From contig OZ251539.1 in NCBI GenBank assembly GCA_965243135.1, positions 1,920,001 to 1,984,000 on the forward strand: DNA of 64,000 bases, read 5' to 3'. The stretch comes from Alphaproteobacteria bacterium (GTDB taxonomy: Bacteria; Pseudomonadota; Alphaproteobacteria; MPNO01; UBA830). The translations under genes were made by a program, and so were the position numbers. The notes under the pieces were generated by a model. The model ran no database searches. It saw only the letters and a list, made by a program, of their open reading frames with translations, and was not told where the DNA came from. Shown here piece by piece: positions 10,833 through 20,961 of the stretch. Position 1 is the first letter of the stretch; the number at the start of each line of letters is the position of its first letter.

Positions 10833-11339
10833 ATGGCCGACCGGCCCGGCGAAGGTGTCGTTCGGCGTTCGAGGGACGCCTACGGCGAGACCTTCACCGC
10901 CGACCTCCTCGAACAATACAAGCTCTATGTACAGTCGGCCGAGCGCGCCCGCCGCCTCGCCTCGAGCCGTTTGCTCCTCGCCCTTAACGCCGGACTCGCT
11001 GCCCTGTACGGCATCCAGCCCGAGGGATTCGGCCAGAGTTGGTGGGCGGTGGCCGTTCCGATCTTGGGTATCGCGGTCTCCTTGCTCTGGTCCCGGATCA
11101 TCCGGTCATACAAGGAGCTGAACCACATCAAGTTCGAGCTAATCCACGAGATCGAACGGCACTTTCCGGCGGCACCGTACACATGCGAATGGCGGCTGGC
11201 GAAGCAGGGCCGGGGCCGGTCGTATCGCGCTGTGACCCACATCGAGCGATGGCTCCCGCGGACATTCATTGCCCTGCACGTCATCTCGGGAATCGCACTG
11301 GTCGCAGGGGCGGATCTACCGGCACTCTCAGGACGATAG
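10833..11339 (+). CDS. Small membrane protein, RipA-like; candidate TIR-linked effector
   Basis: Starts 3 nt after the TIR stop; EQYKLYVQSAE, 2-3 hydrophobic helices, SYKELN..KF..I.EIE..P...EW. Confidence 0.7.
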   Translation: MADRPGEGVVRRSRDAYGETFTADLLEQYKLYVQSAERARRLASSRLLLALNAGLAALYGIQPEGFGQSWWAVAVPILGIAVSLLWSRIIRSYKELNHIKFELIHEIERHFPAAPYTCEWRLAKQGRGRSYRAVTHIERWLPRTFIALHVISGIALVAGADLPALSGR

Positions 11340-11829
11340 CCGCGGGCCCGGGGAGGTCCGCCGGAACCGCACCCGGCTTCCCCACTTCGGAACCAACCAC
11401 GCGGACGGTGCTCCTGCCGCCGGGCTTCGGCTATGACGTGATGTCGAGGCGCTCACCCCAAGGATCGCGCAGATACTCGGGGGCACCTGTCCACAATTGC
11501 ACCACAGCGCAGGGAACGGCGGCGGTACGGCAGGGTAGCGATATCCTACTCGCGTGTGTCCACCTGCACCCTGACGAGGACATCGGGCTTGAGCTCCTCG
11601 CTTTGAAGGCGTCGACAGCACGCTTGGCGAGGGGGTGCGGTCCGAATTTCCTTGACTGGACGCCCGAACCCGGAACGGTTATGTCGGCGAGCGCCGCAAG
11701 GACAGGAGAACTATACCCAAAGTTACACGGGCCGATATACTGCGGATGAGTGCTTCAACATACCCGCGCTTTTTCATTCCCAGGGAGTGGCTGGCGTTTG
11801 GTGGACCAGAAGCTGACAAAGCGCACTAC

Positions 11830-13430
11830 GCGCGCCTACCGGTCGGGCGACGCGCGAGCGGCAAGCGTTGCCGCCGGGCAGCGCGAGCGGCAAGCGTTGC
11901 CGCCGGGCAGCGCAACCGCAAGGCTGGCCGACGCGCGGCGGCGACTCACGCCGACGCCGCGGCGCGCCTTTCCAGCACCAGCAGGGCAAAGACCCCGGCG
12001 AGCGCGGCAACCACCACAGTCCGTCTCGCGGTCGAAGATCCCCCAGCAAGACCCCTGTCGCCGCGCCTAGGGAATGGCCGCCGAACAGCAGCCCGAGGCC
12101 CCGCAAGCCGCGTCGCGACGATGTTGGCGATCACCGGGAAGGCGGCAAAGTTGAGAACGCCGAAGAGGGCCGCGAAGAGAAACAGGACGGAGGCCGCGAC
12201 GAACAGCAGCACGACGAAGGCCAGAGCGCGGCCAAAGAACATGCTCGCCAGCAGTCGCGGACGATGGACATGGTCCGCCGAAAACAGGACGACGCCGGCC
12301 CGTGAACCCCGTAAGCGGCGGAGCCCTCGACGAGGGTGAAGCCGCAGGTCAGGGCGTAGGGAATGAAATACGCGTCGATTATCCCGGCCGTCGTGAAGCC
12401 GCACAGCGCGAAGGCGGCGAGCAGCAGCAGAAAAGTCCGTTCCCGGAACAGGGACTTCAGGCGGTCGGACAGGGAACCGTCGTCGGCCGCAGCGGCGGCA
12501 GGCGTCGGCAGGTTTTCCGGCGGCGGCCTGAAACAAAGGACGACCAGCAGGGAGAGCACCGCCGCGCCCAGGTAAGAAGTCCGCCAGCCGAGCGACGCGA
12601 CGCCCAGAAGCGACAGGACCGGAAGCTGTCGCCGCGCCCGAAACGGCGAGGCCGATCGCCAGTCCGCGCCCGCGAACGAAGTAGCGGGAAACCGCGGCCG
12701 TGACCAGCGGCAGCGAGACGGCCGCCCGCCCGCCCACGAGCCCGAACGGAAGGTAGGCGGTTCCGCGCGAAGGCGGTGCCGCCGGCAGCGAGCTGCGCTC
12801 CGTAGCGGTCCCTGCACAGCCACACCATCGGCGACCCGACGCCACCCAGGGCGGCGCCCGCCTGCGCTCCCGTCCACCCGAGTTCCGACTGCCAAGACGG
12901 GAGAACCATGCTCACGGACGACCGCGCGCCGAAAGTGAAGGCCAGCGCGGCGAAGCAGACGACGGCCGGCGCGCGTCTCGCCGGTCACCGGAGTCGCGCT
13001 CCTGCGCCGCGCCGCCCGGCGCGCCGCCGAAAACGGACGGCCGCAACTCCGGAAGAGCCGCGTCGGCAACCAGCGGCCGGTCGACGGGCGGCGTAGGCGT
13101 CGAGGCGCACCGGCTTCACCCACGCGACCTGCTGTCCTTCCGTTCACGCGCCCTCCCCATTTCCGGCAGACGTAAAGCGGCCAGGTGAAAATCGTCGGTG
13201 AGACGCGAAGGTGAACGGCGAAAGGCAGCTCTCGTCGACGTCGAGTTCCTCCCGAAGCTCCCGGGCCCGGCGTCTCCCCGCCGCCGGCCGCCGGGGAATT
13301 CCCCCGCCCTGCCCTGCGGCCGCCGCGCGACGCGCCCGTCGACGAGAGCCGCCGTGACGACGAGAACGACCGCTTCTCCCGCCCCGCGGTGCGGAACCCG
13401 GAGCGCCGCCCGGCCCGCGAAGCCTGCAGG
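11830..13430 (-). pseudogene. Near full-length eroded MFS plus mutT duplicate
   Basis: Collinear with 33075-34930 but with dozens of short deletions. Confidence 0.9.
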
Positions 13431-13569
13431 GAGACGCCGCCGGCCCCGAGGCGGCCTCCTCGGCCGGGCGGCCCGTCAAGCCGCGCGACGAACCGGCGGA
13501 ACCGGCTGCCGCCGCAGGCCGAACCGCGGGCGGCGTTCTTTCGCGGAGGCGGCCGTGACGGGAAGCCGT

Positions 13570-15949
13570 TCAGGCGGGCTCGCAGCCGACGACGTTGCGC
13601 TCCTCGCGGCTGAACTCCACCCCGACCAGGTGGACCGAACGTCCGAAATGGCGGTACTTGTCCGCGTAGCCCTTCTCCCGCAACTGCGCGAGCGCGATCC
13701 CCTCCCGTCCGCGCTCCACCACCTTGAACTCGAACAGGTAGACGCGCCCGCCGGAGCGGATCGCCATGTCGGCGCGCCCCCGGCTGCCGCTGTCCTCGGC
13801 CACCGGCTCGAGGCCCTCCATCAGGAAGCAGCTGTGGATGACGCTCGCGTAGTGGGCCTCGTACACCGGGCTGTTCATGTACCACTGGTGCGGGATGGCG
13901 GCGAAGACGCCGCGGAACAGGGTCTCGACGCGCTTGAAGTCGTTCGCCGCCAGCACCCAGCCGCAGGTTCTCCGTCTCCTCGCGGGCCTCGTCCGGGAGC
14001 AGTTCTTCCAGCAAGGCCTCGCCCAGGCTCTGGCGCACCTCGAGGTTCGGGTAGTCCAGCCGGTAGCGCCCGTCCTCCTCGCCGGCGATGGGTAGAGTCG
14101 AGGACTGGCGCGTTAGCTTTAGGGTCCGGTGGATGTTCCGTCGCTTTCGCTCCGGGCCTCAGTCCGGCTCCCGTGGCCACGTTTCCAGTCCCCGCTCTCC
14201 GAACCGGACGTGCGGATTTCCCGCGCCTCCAGCAGGATCATGCGTCTCGCCCACGGATGGATTGTCAGCGTTCCCAAAAAACGGCCGGTTTTCCGGACCC
14301 GGGAGTTGCACCGTCTCCCATATTTTCCGCCTGTTCTCGCTTTCCAACCCGTCGCCGAGCCTGTTTACGCCTCGACGACCCCGGCCTCTCGACCGGGTTC
14401 CTTCGCTTCTGCATGTGACGCTTCCGGGATCTCTGGCATGTAGTCGGTTGTTAGGCATAGCCAATCTCCGAGCCCTTCTCCCTTGCGGCGCCCTTCCTCG
14501 CCTGAGGCCCCTTTCCTCCGCCGGCGTTACCCGGCTTCTCCGGTACTACGGGCCTCTCCGCCACCCTGCCGGCCCGGCCTGCCCCTCGCGGGGTTCCGGT
14601 TGACTCGTGCGCGTCACCGACAGGGCTTCCCGTGTTGCTGCTTCCTTCATCTTCCATGCGTGCCGACATCACTACCCCGGCGGAAACGGTCGGTGCTTTT
14701 GTCGTTCTCTTCCCGACCGTCGGCGGCTTTCCCCTAACCTCAGGAGGGTCAGCTTCCGCATTGACCGTTTCGAGGCCTGCTCAATGTTCACTACTCGTTT
14801 CGGCCCGCGTGTTCGCTGAGCGGCCTTCGCCGCCCTTTCCCAGAGTGCTTCAGCCTACATCGTTACCTCCGTAAACCGCCCTGGCCGCTACCAACCGGAA
14901 CGACAGTTGTTGGGTGGGATTCGCACCCACCAGAAGAAAGCGCCTTTCCACGGCGCACTGAGGTAGCCGGTCTGGAACAGAAGCGCCTGGACCGACATCC
15001 TGTCCACGTCGAAGGTCGAGAGCAGGCTCTCGCTGCCGATCATGCCGTCCAGGCGGGGAGTGGGCAGGTTGCGGCGCGCCAGCGTCTCGATCAGGAAGGT
15101 CGGCGTGCCGCTCTCGAACCAGTAGTTGCCGAACTTGCGTTTGTCGAACAGCAGCAGGAGGCCGAACGGGTTGTAGACCCTCTCCGGTCCGAGCCAGTTG
15201 TAGCCGTTGTACCAGCGCCGGATCTCGTCCCGGTCCAGGCCCTCGAGTTCCGGGGCGAAGACCGCGTCCAGTTCCGCGTCCGTGCAGCCGCAGATGGCGC
15301 CGTAACGCTCGTCCAGCGTGATGTCGTTCAGGTTGTTCAGGCCCGAGAACAGGCCCGTTAACTTGCTCACCCCCGTCAGGAAAACGAAACGGAGATGCCT
15401 GTCGCAGTCCTTGATCATCGCGTAGAAGCCGCGCAGGAAGCTGCGGTTGGCCAACGCCAGTTCCCGGTCGCCGAGCGCGTCCAGGATCGGCTTGTCGTAT
15501 TCGTCCACCAGAACGACCGCCCGCCGCCCGGTGCGCTCGTGCAGCGTCCTTATCAGGCGCCGGAAACGGACCGCCGCCCCGGCGGGATCCGGTTCGAGGC
15601 CGGCCAGCCGCTCCGTTTCCTCCAACTGGTCTTCCACGTTTTCCCGAACGAGGTCCGGGGAGTCGAAATTGCCCCCGCCGAAGCTGATCCGCACGACAGG
15701 ATGGCGCGCCGACCAGTCCCACTTGCCGTGCACGGCGAGGCCCCGGAACAGCTCCTCGCTCCCCTCGAACAACTCCTGCAGCGTGTCCACCAGCAGGGTC
15801 TTGCCGAACCGGCGCGGACGCGACAGGAAATAGTACTTGCCCCTCTCGACGAGGCGGCGCGCATGCTCCGTCTTGTCGACGTAGTAGCAGTCCATCCCCC
15901 GGATCTCCCGGAGGGAGGAAAAGCCGATCGGAAGCATGCGTTTCGTCAT
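13570..15949 (-). pseudogene. AAA/PD-(D/E)XK copy D, interrupted by group II intron
   Basis: Removing 14092-14958 restores GGC TAC CTC ACC ATC GCC (GYLTIA); additional 5-nt deletion (ATTCG) near 13955. Confidence 0.9.
14092..14958 (-). mobile_element. ORF-less group II intron, 867 nt
   Basis: 5' GTGCGCC, domain V/VI-like 3' region ending CTCTAC, precise exon junctions without target duplication; only a degenerate start of the RT ORF remains. Confidence 0.9.
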
Positions 15950-16084
15950 TCGAAGAGAGTAGGCCGCCGCGCCGGAACCGTCAAGAAGTCGGCGGCGGCA
16001 TGCCTGTCCGGGTCCCCTGGCGCGGCAAGCAGCCGGCAGTTTCCGCGGCGGCACGGGCCGCCGACGGGGAAAAGCGCGGAGGCG

Positions 16085-17285
16085 CAGCTACGCTTCAGGC
16101 GCTTACCGGTCGGGCGACGCGCGGCAGCGACTCACGCCGCTGCCGCGGCGCGCCTCTCCGGCGCCAGCAGGGCAAAGACCCCGGCGAGCGCGGCAACCAC
16201 CAAAGTCCGTCTCGCGGTCGAAGATCCCCGAGCAAGACCCCTGTCGCCGCGCCCAGGGAATGGCCGCCGCCGACGCCGAGGTCGACCTCAAGGTCGATCT
16301 CCTCGCCCTTCATGTGGGCGGCGACCGGCGCTTCGTCGTAACCCGGAACCGCCCTCCCCTTGTCGGCCACCGGAACGCCGCCGATGCTGATGCGCAAACG
16401 GTCGCGATCGGCTTCCTCTCCCGCCTTGCCCACCGCCATGACGATCCGCCCCCAATTGGCGTCTTCTCCGGTGATCGCCGTCTTCATCAGCAGGGAGTTG
16501 GCGATCGAGAAGGCGACGTTGCGCGCCGCCCGGGGCGACGCCGCGCCGGTCACGGTGACGGCGACGAACTTGGTCGCGCCTTCGCCGTCGCGAACGATCT
16601 GGTGCGCGAGATCGAGGAGGATTTCGTCGAGGGCCGAGCGGAATCGCCGCAAGCGCGGATCCGAGGCGTCGACGACCGGGTCGTGCCCGGCCGCGCCGGT
16701 CGCGAACAGCAGAACCGCGTCGTTGGTCGAGGTGTCTCCGTCGACGGTGATCGAATTGAAGGACTTGTCGGCGCTCCGGGACAGAAGCCGCCGGAGCGCG
16801 GCGGCGCCGACCGCCGCGTCCGTGAAGACGAAGGCCAGCATCGTCGCCATGTCGGGCGCGATCATGCCGGATCCCTTGGCGATGCCGCAGACGACGACTT
16901 CGGCGTCTCCGACGCGGGTCTTTCTCCACGACCCCTTCGGAAAGGTGTCGGTGGTCATGATGGCCTCCGCGGCCTCTTTCCAGCCATGCGGGGCCAGGGA
17001 GTTCCGCAGGCTTTCCAGCGAGTCCCGGATGCGCTTGTCGGGAAGGGTCTCGCCGATCACGCCGGTCGAGGCGACGAGCACGTGGGATCCGGAGCACGAC
17101 AGCGCGGCCGCCGTCCGGGATTTGGTCAACACGCCGGCCGCCCTGGTTCCGGGCGCGAGCGACGCGAGAAACACGTCCAGCCGTCCGGCGTAACGCAGGC
17201 CGCAACAGGCGGCCGCGAGCGAAACGCCCGGGACGGGAGGCATGTCCGGAAAGCCGCCGGGGGCGAGCGGCGAGAGCTTCTTCAT
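16085..17285 (-). pseudogene. argJ: argJ duplicate with an internal deletion, 3' end fused to an MFS remnant
   Basis: Near-identical to 34952-36181 (KGSGMIAPDMATML), lacks ~44 codons and the C-terminus; joined to MFS DNA at GGCCGCCG near 16262. Confidence 0.9.
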
Positions 17286-17453
17286 GCGCCTGTCGACTCT
17301 CTCAAGCGGCCCGTAACGGCCGTATCGTTTATGCCCACCGAAACGAGGCTACTGCAACCTCTGCAAAAACAAGTCATTCAATACCGTCCGGGTCGTCGCG
17401 GCGGGCCGGCTTCGCGGGGGCTACTGCAACCTCCGCAAAAACCAGTCATTCAG

Positions 17454-17625
17454 CAGCAATTCCCGCTAAGGCGGCCGCACGTCCGGAAGGTGCGCCGAGA
17501 AGGCGAAATCACCAAGGGACAAGCCGCCGCGACAAATCCCTCAGGCAAATCGCACCACCCGGAAAAATCTACGACAAATTTTTCTGAAACCCCATATTTT
17601 CCAAGGGCCATAGCGGGAATTGCCG
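17454..17625. mobile_element. 172-bp MITE, second copy (a third, right end only, at ~23263-23294)
   Basis: Near-identical to 3150-3321; same right flank, different left flank. Confidence 0.85.
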
Positions 17626-17990
17626 GTCGGTCAGCCACCATGCGCGTTGCGCTTCAAACTTGAAGGGGCGCTCCTCGGCGTCGAGTTCCTCCCTGAGCTC
17701 CCGGGCCCGGCGTCTCTCCGCCGCCGGCCGTCGGGGAATTCCTTGCCCTGCGGCCGCCGCCACGACGAGAACGACCGGCTCTCCAGCCCTGCGGCGCGGA
17801 ACCCGGAGACGCGCCCGACCCGCGAAGCCTGCCGGCGCGCGAGCGCCTGCAGGGAACCGTCGTCGGCCGCGGCGGCCTCCTCGGCCGGGCGGCCCGTCGA
17901 GCCGCGCGACGAACCGGCGGAACCGGCCGCCGTCGCGGGCCGAACCGCGGGCGGCGTTCTTTCGCGGAGGCGGCCGTGACGGGAAGCCGT

Positions 17991-19529
17991 TCAGGCGGGC
18001 TCGCAATCGAACCCGACGACGTTGCGCTCCTCGCGGCTGAACTCCACCCCGACCAGGTGGACCGAACGCCCGAGACGGCGGTACTTGTCCGCATAGCCCT
18101 TCTCCCGCAACTGCGCGAGCGCGGTCCCCTCCCGCCCGCGCTCCACCACCTTGAACTCGAACAGGTAGACGCGCCCGCCGGCGCGGATCGCCATGTCGGC
18201 GCGCCCCCGGCTGCCGCTGTCCTCGGCCACCGGCTCGAGGCCCTCCATCAGGAAGCAGCTGTGGATGACGCTCGCGTAGTGGGCCTCGTACTTCGCGACG
18301 GGGCTGTTCATGTACCACTGGTGCGGGATGGCGGCGAAGACGCCGCGGAACAGGGTCTCGACGCGCTTGAAGTCGTTCGCCGCCAGCAATTCGCCCAGCC
18401 GCAGGTTCTCCGTCTCCTCGCGGGCCTCGTCCGGGAGCAGTTCTTCCAGCAAGGCCTCGCCCAGGCTCTGGCGCACCTCGAGGTTCGGGTAGTCCAGCCG
18501 GTAGCGCCCGTCCTCCTCGCCGGCGATGGTGAGGTAGCCGGTCTGGAACAGAAGCGCCTGGACCGACATCCTGTCCACGTCGAAGGTCGAGAGCAGGCTC
18601 TCGCTGCCGATCATGCCGTCCAGGCGGGGAGTGGGCAGGTTGCGGCGCGCCAGCGTCTCGATCAGGAAGGTCGGCGTGCCGCTCTCGAACCAGTAGTTGC
18701 CGAACCTGCGCTCGGCGAACAGCAGCAGGAGGCCGAACGGGTTGTAGAGCCTCTCCGGCCCGCGCCAGTTGTAGCCGTTGTACCAGCGGCGGATCTCGTC
18801 CCGGTCCAGGCCCTCGAGTTCCGGGGCGAAGACCGCGTCCAGCTCCGCGTCCGTGCAACCGCAGATGTCCGAGAACTCCGGCGCCAGCGTGATGTCGCGC
18901 AGGTTGTTCAGACCCGAGAACAGGCCCGCCTTCGAGAATTTGCTCACTCCCGTCAGGAAAACGAAACGGAGATGCCTGTCGCAGTCCTTGATAACCCCGT
19001 ACAGGCTGCGCAGGAAGTCCCGGTTGGCCCGCGCCAGTTCCCGGTCGCCGAGCGCGTCCAGGATCGGCTTGTCGTATTCGTCCACCAGCACGACCGCCTG
19101 CTGCCCGGTGCGTTCGTGCAGGTCCGCGATCAGTTCCCGGAAGCGGACCGAAACTCTGGCGCCGCCCGGCTCGATGCCGGCCCGCCTCTCCGCCGCCTTC
19201 AGTTGCGATTCCGTTTCTTCCCGAACTCCGTCCGGGTCGCCGAAATCGCCCCCGCCGAAGCTGATCCGCACGACCGGATGGCGCGTCGACCAGTCCCACT
19301 TGCCGTGCACGGCGAGGCCCCGGAACAGCTCCTCGCTTCCTTCGAACAGCTCCTGCAGCGTGTCCACCAGCAGGGTCTTGCCGAACCGGCGCGGACGCGA
19401 CAGGAAATAATATTGACCACCCTCGACAAGGCGGCGGACATGGTCCGTCTTGTCGACGTAGTAGCAGTCCATCTCTCCCCGGATTTTCCGGAGGGAGGTC
19501 AAGCCGATCGGAAGCATGCGTTTCGCCAT
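17991..19529 (-). CDS. AAA/PD-(D/E)XK copy E, 512 aa
   Basis: Intact ORF from MAKRMLPIG with all family motifs. Confidence 0.93.
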   Translation of the reverse strand: MAKRMLPIGLTSLRKIRGEMDCYYVDKTDHVRRLVEGGQYYFLSRPRRFGKTLLVDTLQELFEGSEELFRGLAVHGKWDWSTRHPVVRISFGGGDFGDPDGVREETESQLKAAERRAGIEPGGARVSVRFRELIADLHERTGQQAVVLVDEYDKPILDALGDRELARANRDFLRSLYGVIKDCDRHLRFVFLTGVSKFSKAGLFSGLNNLRDITLAPEFSDICGCTDAELDAVFAPELEGLDRDEIRRWYNGYNWRGPERLYNPFGLLLLFAERRFGNYWFESGTPTFLIETLARRNLPTPRLDGMIGSESLLSTFDVDRMSVQALLFQTGYLTIAGEEDGRYRLDYPNLEVRQSLGEALLEELLPDEAREETENLRLGELLAANDFKRVETLFRGVFAAIPHQWYMNSPVAKYEAHYASVIHSCFLMEGLEPVAEDSGSRGRADMAIRAGGRVYLFEFKVVERGREGTALAQLREKGYADKYRRLGRSVHLVGVEFSREERNVVGFDCEPA

Positions 19530-19699
19530 CGGAAGAGAGTAGGCCGCCGCGCCGGAGCCGTCAAGAAGTCGGCGGCGGCCAGCCTGTCCGGGTCCCCTGG
19601 CGCGGCAACCCGTTCGTCGCCGACAGCGCCCCGCAGAAGCGGCAGCGCTCCGCCCGCCGCAAGCGAAAGGCGTCGCCCGACCTGGAAGTCGCCTGCGGA

Positions 19700-20220
19700 G
19701 GGCCTTCCTAAAGACCCGTGGCGTCGACGCTGACGCTGCCGTCATCGCCGACCGTCCCGCGCCTCTCGTAGTCGGCGCCGGTCGAGCCCGCCTCGCCAGC
19801 CCGAACGGCGACGGCGTCGACGCCGCCGACCGCGCCCAATCTTTCCAGCGCATCGTCGACGCCCTGCTTCGTGAGGCGCCCATCGTCGGCGAGATCGGGA
19901 TCCTGGAGCACGGTCACTTGGGTCGCGGCGCCGTCGCCCCTGATCGCGAAGGGCGCCCCGTCGGCGTTCAAACGGCCCTTCGGACCGACGATGACGCTGC
20001 CGCCGCCGGTCAGCTTCACGGCCGCGCCCCCTCGGAATTGCCGCCGGTCACCTCGCCGTTGATGATGATCACCGACCGGACCGAAGAACCTCGGTTCGGG
20101 CATGAAGTTTCCCCGTTCACGGGGGAATCGCATTCGTTGTCCGCGTTCGCGCCCACCGGCGCCAGGGCAAGAAAGAAAGGCATCGCTGCGAAAACCGCGG
20201 CGCGTTTCAGAAATCGCATG
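19700..20220 (-). pseudogene. Collapsed autotransporter remnant
   Basis: Signal peptide MRFLKRAAVFAAMPFFLALAPVGANADNEC and GGGSVIVGPKGR..VLQDP..DGRLT fragments resemble the genes at 37.5-47.5 kb. Confidence 0.75.
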
Positions 20221-20656
20221 GGAACCCCGAAACCCCGGTTGCGGAGACGAACCGGCAATCTATAGACCACGTTGGCGGACAACGCTCAAGACCAAACCAA
20301 TCCTCCGCGCCGTTCTTCGAGTCTCCTCCTGTCGGCGCCAAAGCGTGCGGTCGGCAATCTCCGTCGCGAGGGCAGCCGGCATGCCGTCGGTCCCGTCAGG
20401 CGGCCGCCCCGGCCTCCGTCCACGAAGGAGCCGGATCGCGACGGCACCTTTCCGCCGGGCGAAGCCGCTTGGCGCGTCGAACCGCGCCGCACCGGGCCCG
20501 ACGAACGAACCGACGGCCAAGAAACGCTCGATCCTGCCGCTGCGAAACCGTCGGGCCGCTCCGGTCCCCGGGCGAGCGGAGCGGCCGCCCCGCCCGCCGC
20601 CGAGACCGCGTCCGACGCTACGGAGTCCGAAACCTGGGAGGCGCGCCGACGCGGTT

Positions 20657-20715
20657 TCAGAAGCGCACGGCGAAGCCGATCCCGCCGTTGAACTCGCCGT
20701 TGCCGCTGTCGCGCG
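20657..20715 (-). pseudogene. Autotransporter C-terminal fragment
   Basis: GNGEFNGGIGFAVRF-stop matches the beta-barrel ends at 37511 and 42579. Confidence 0.65.
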
Positions 20716-20961
20716 ACGCGCCCGTCGACGAGGGCCGCCGCGACGGCGAGAACGACCGGCTCTCCCGCCCTGCAGCGCGAAACCCGGAGACGCGCCCGGC
20801 CCGCGAAGCCTGTCGGCGAGCGAGCGCCTGCAGGGAGACGCCGCCGGGCGCGGCCTCCTCGGCCGGGCGGCCCGTCAAGCCGCGCGACGAACCGGCGGAA
20901 CCGGCTGCCGCCGCAGGCCGAGCGGCGTTCTTTCGCGGAGGCGGCTGTGACGGGAAGCCGT

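Noticed and set aside
16095-17285. Functional second ArgJ
   Set aside because: Lacks the NAGNANA segment and the C-terminal strand; the tail is out-of-frame MFS DNA.
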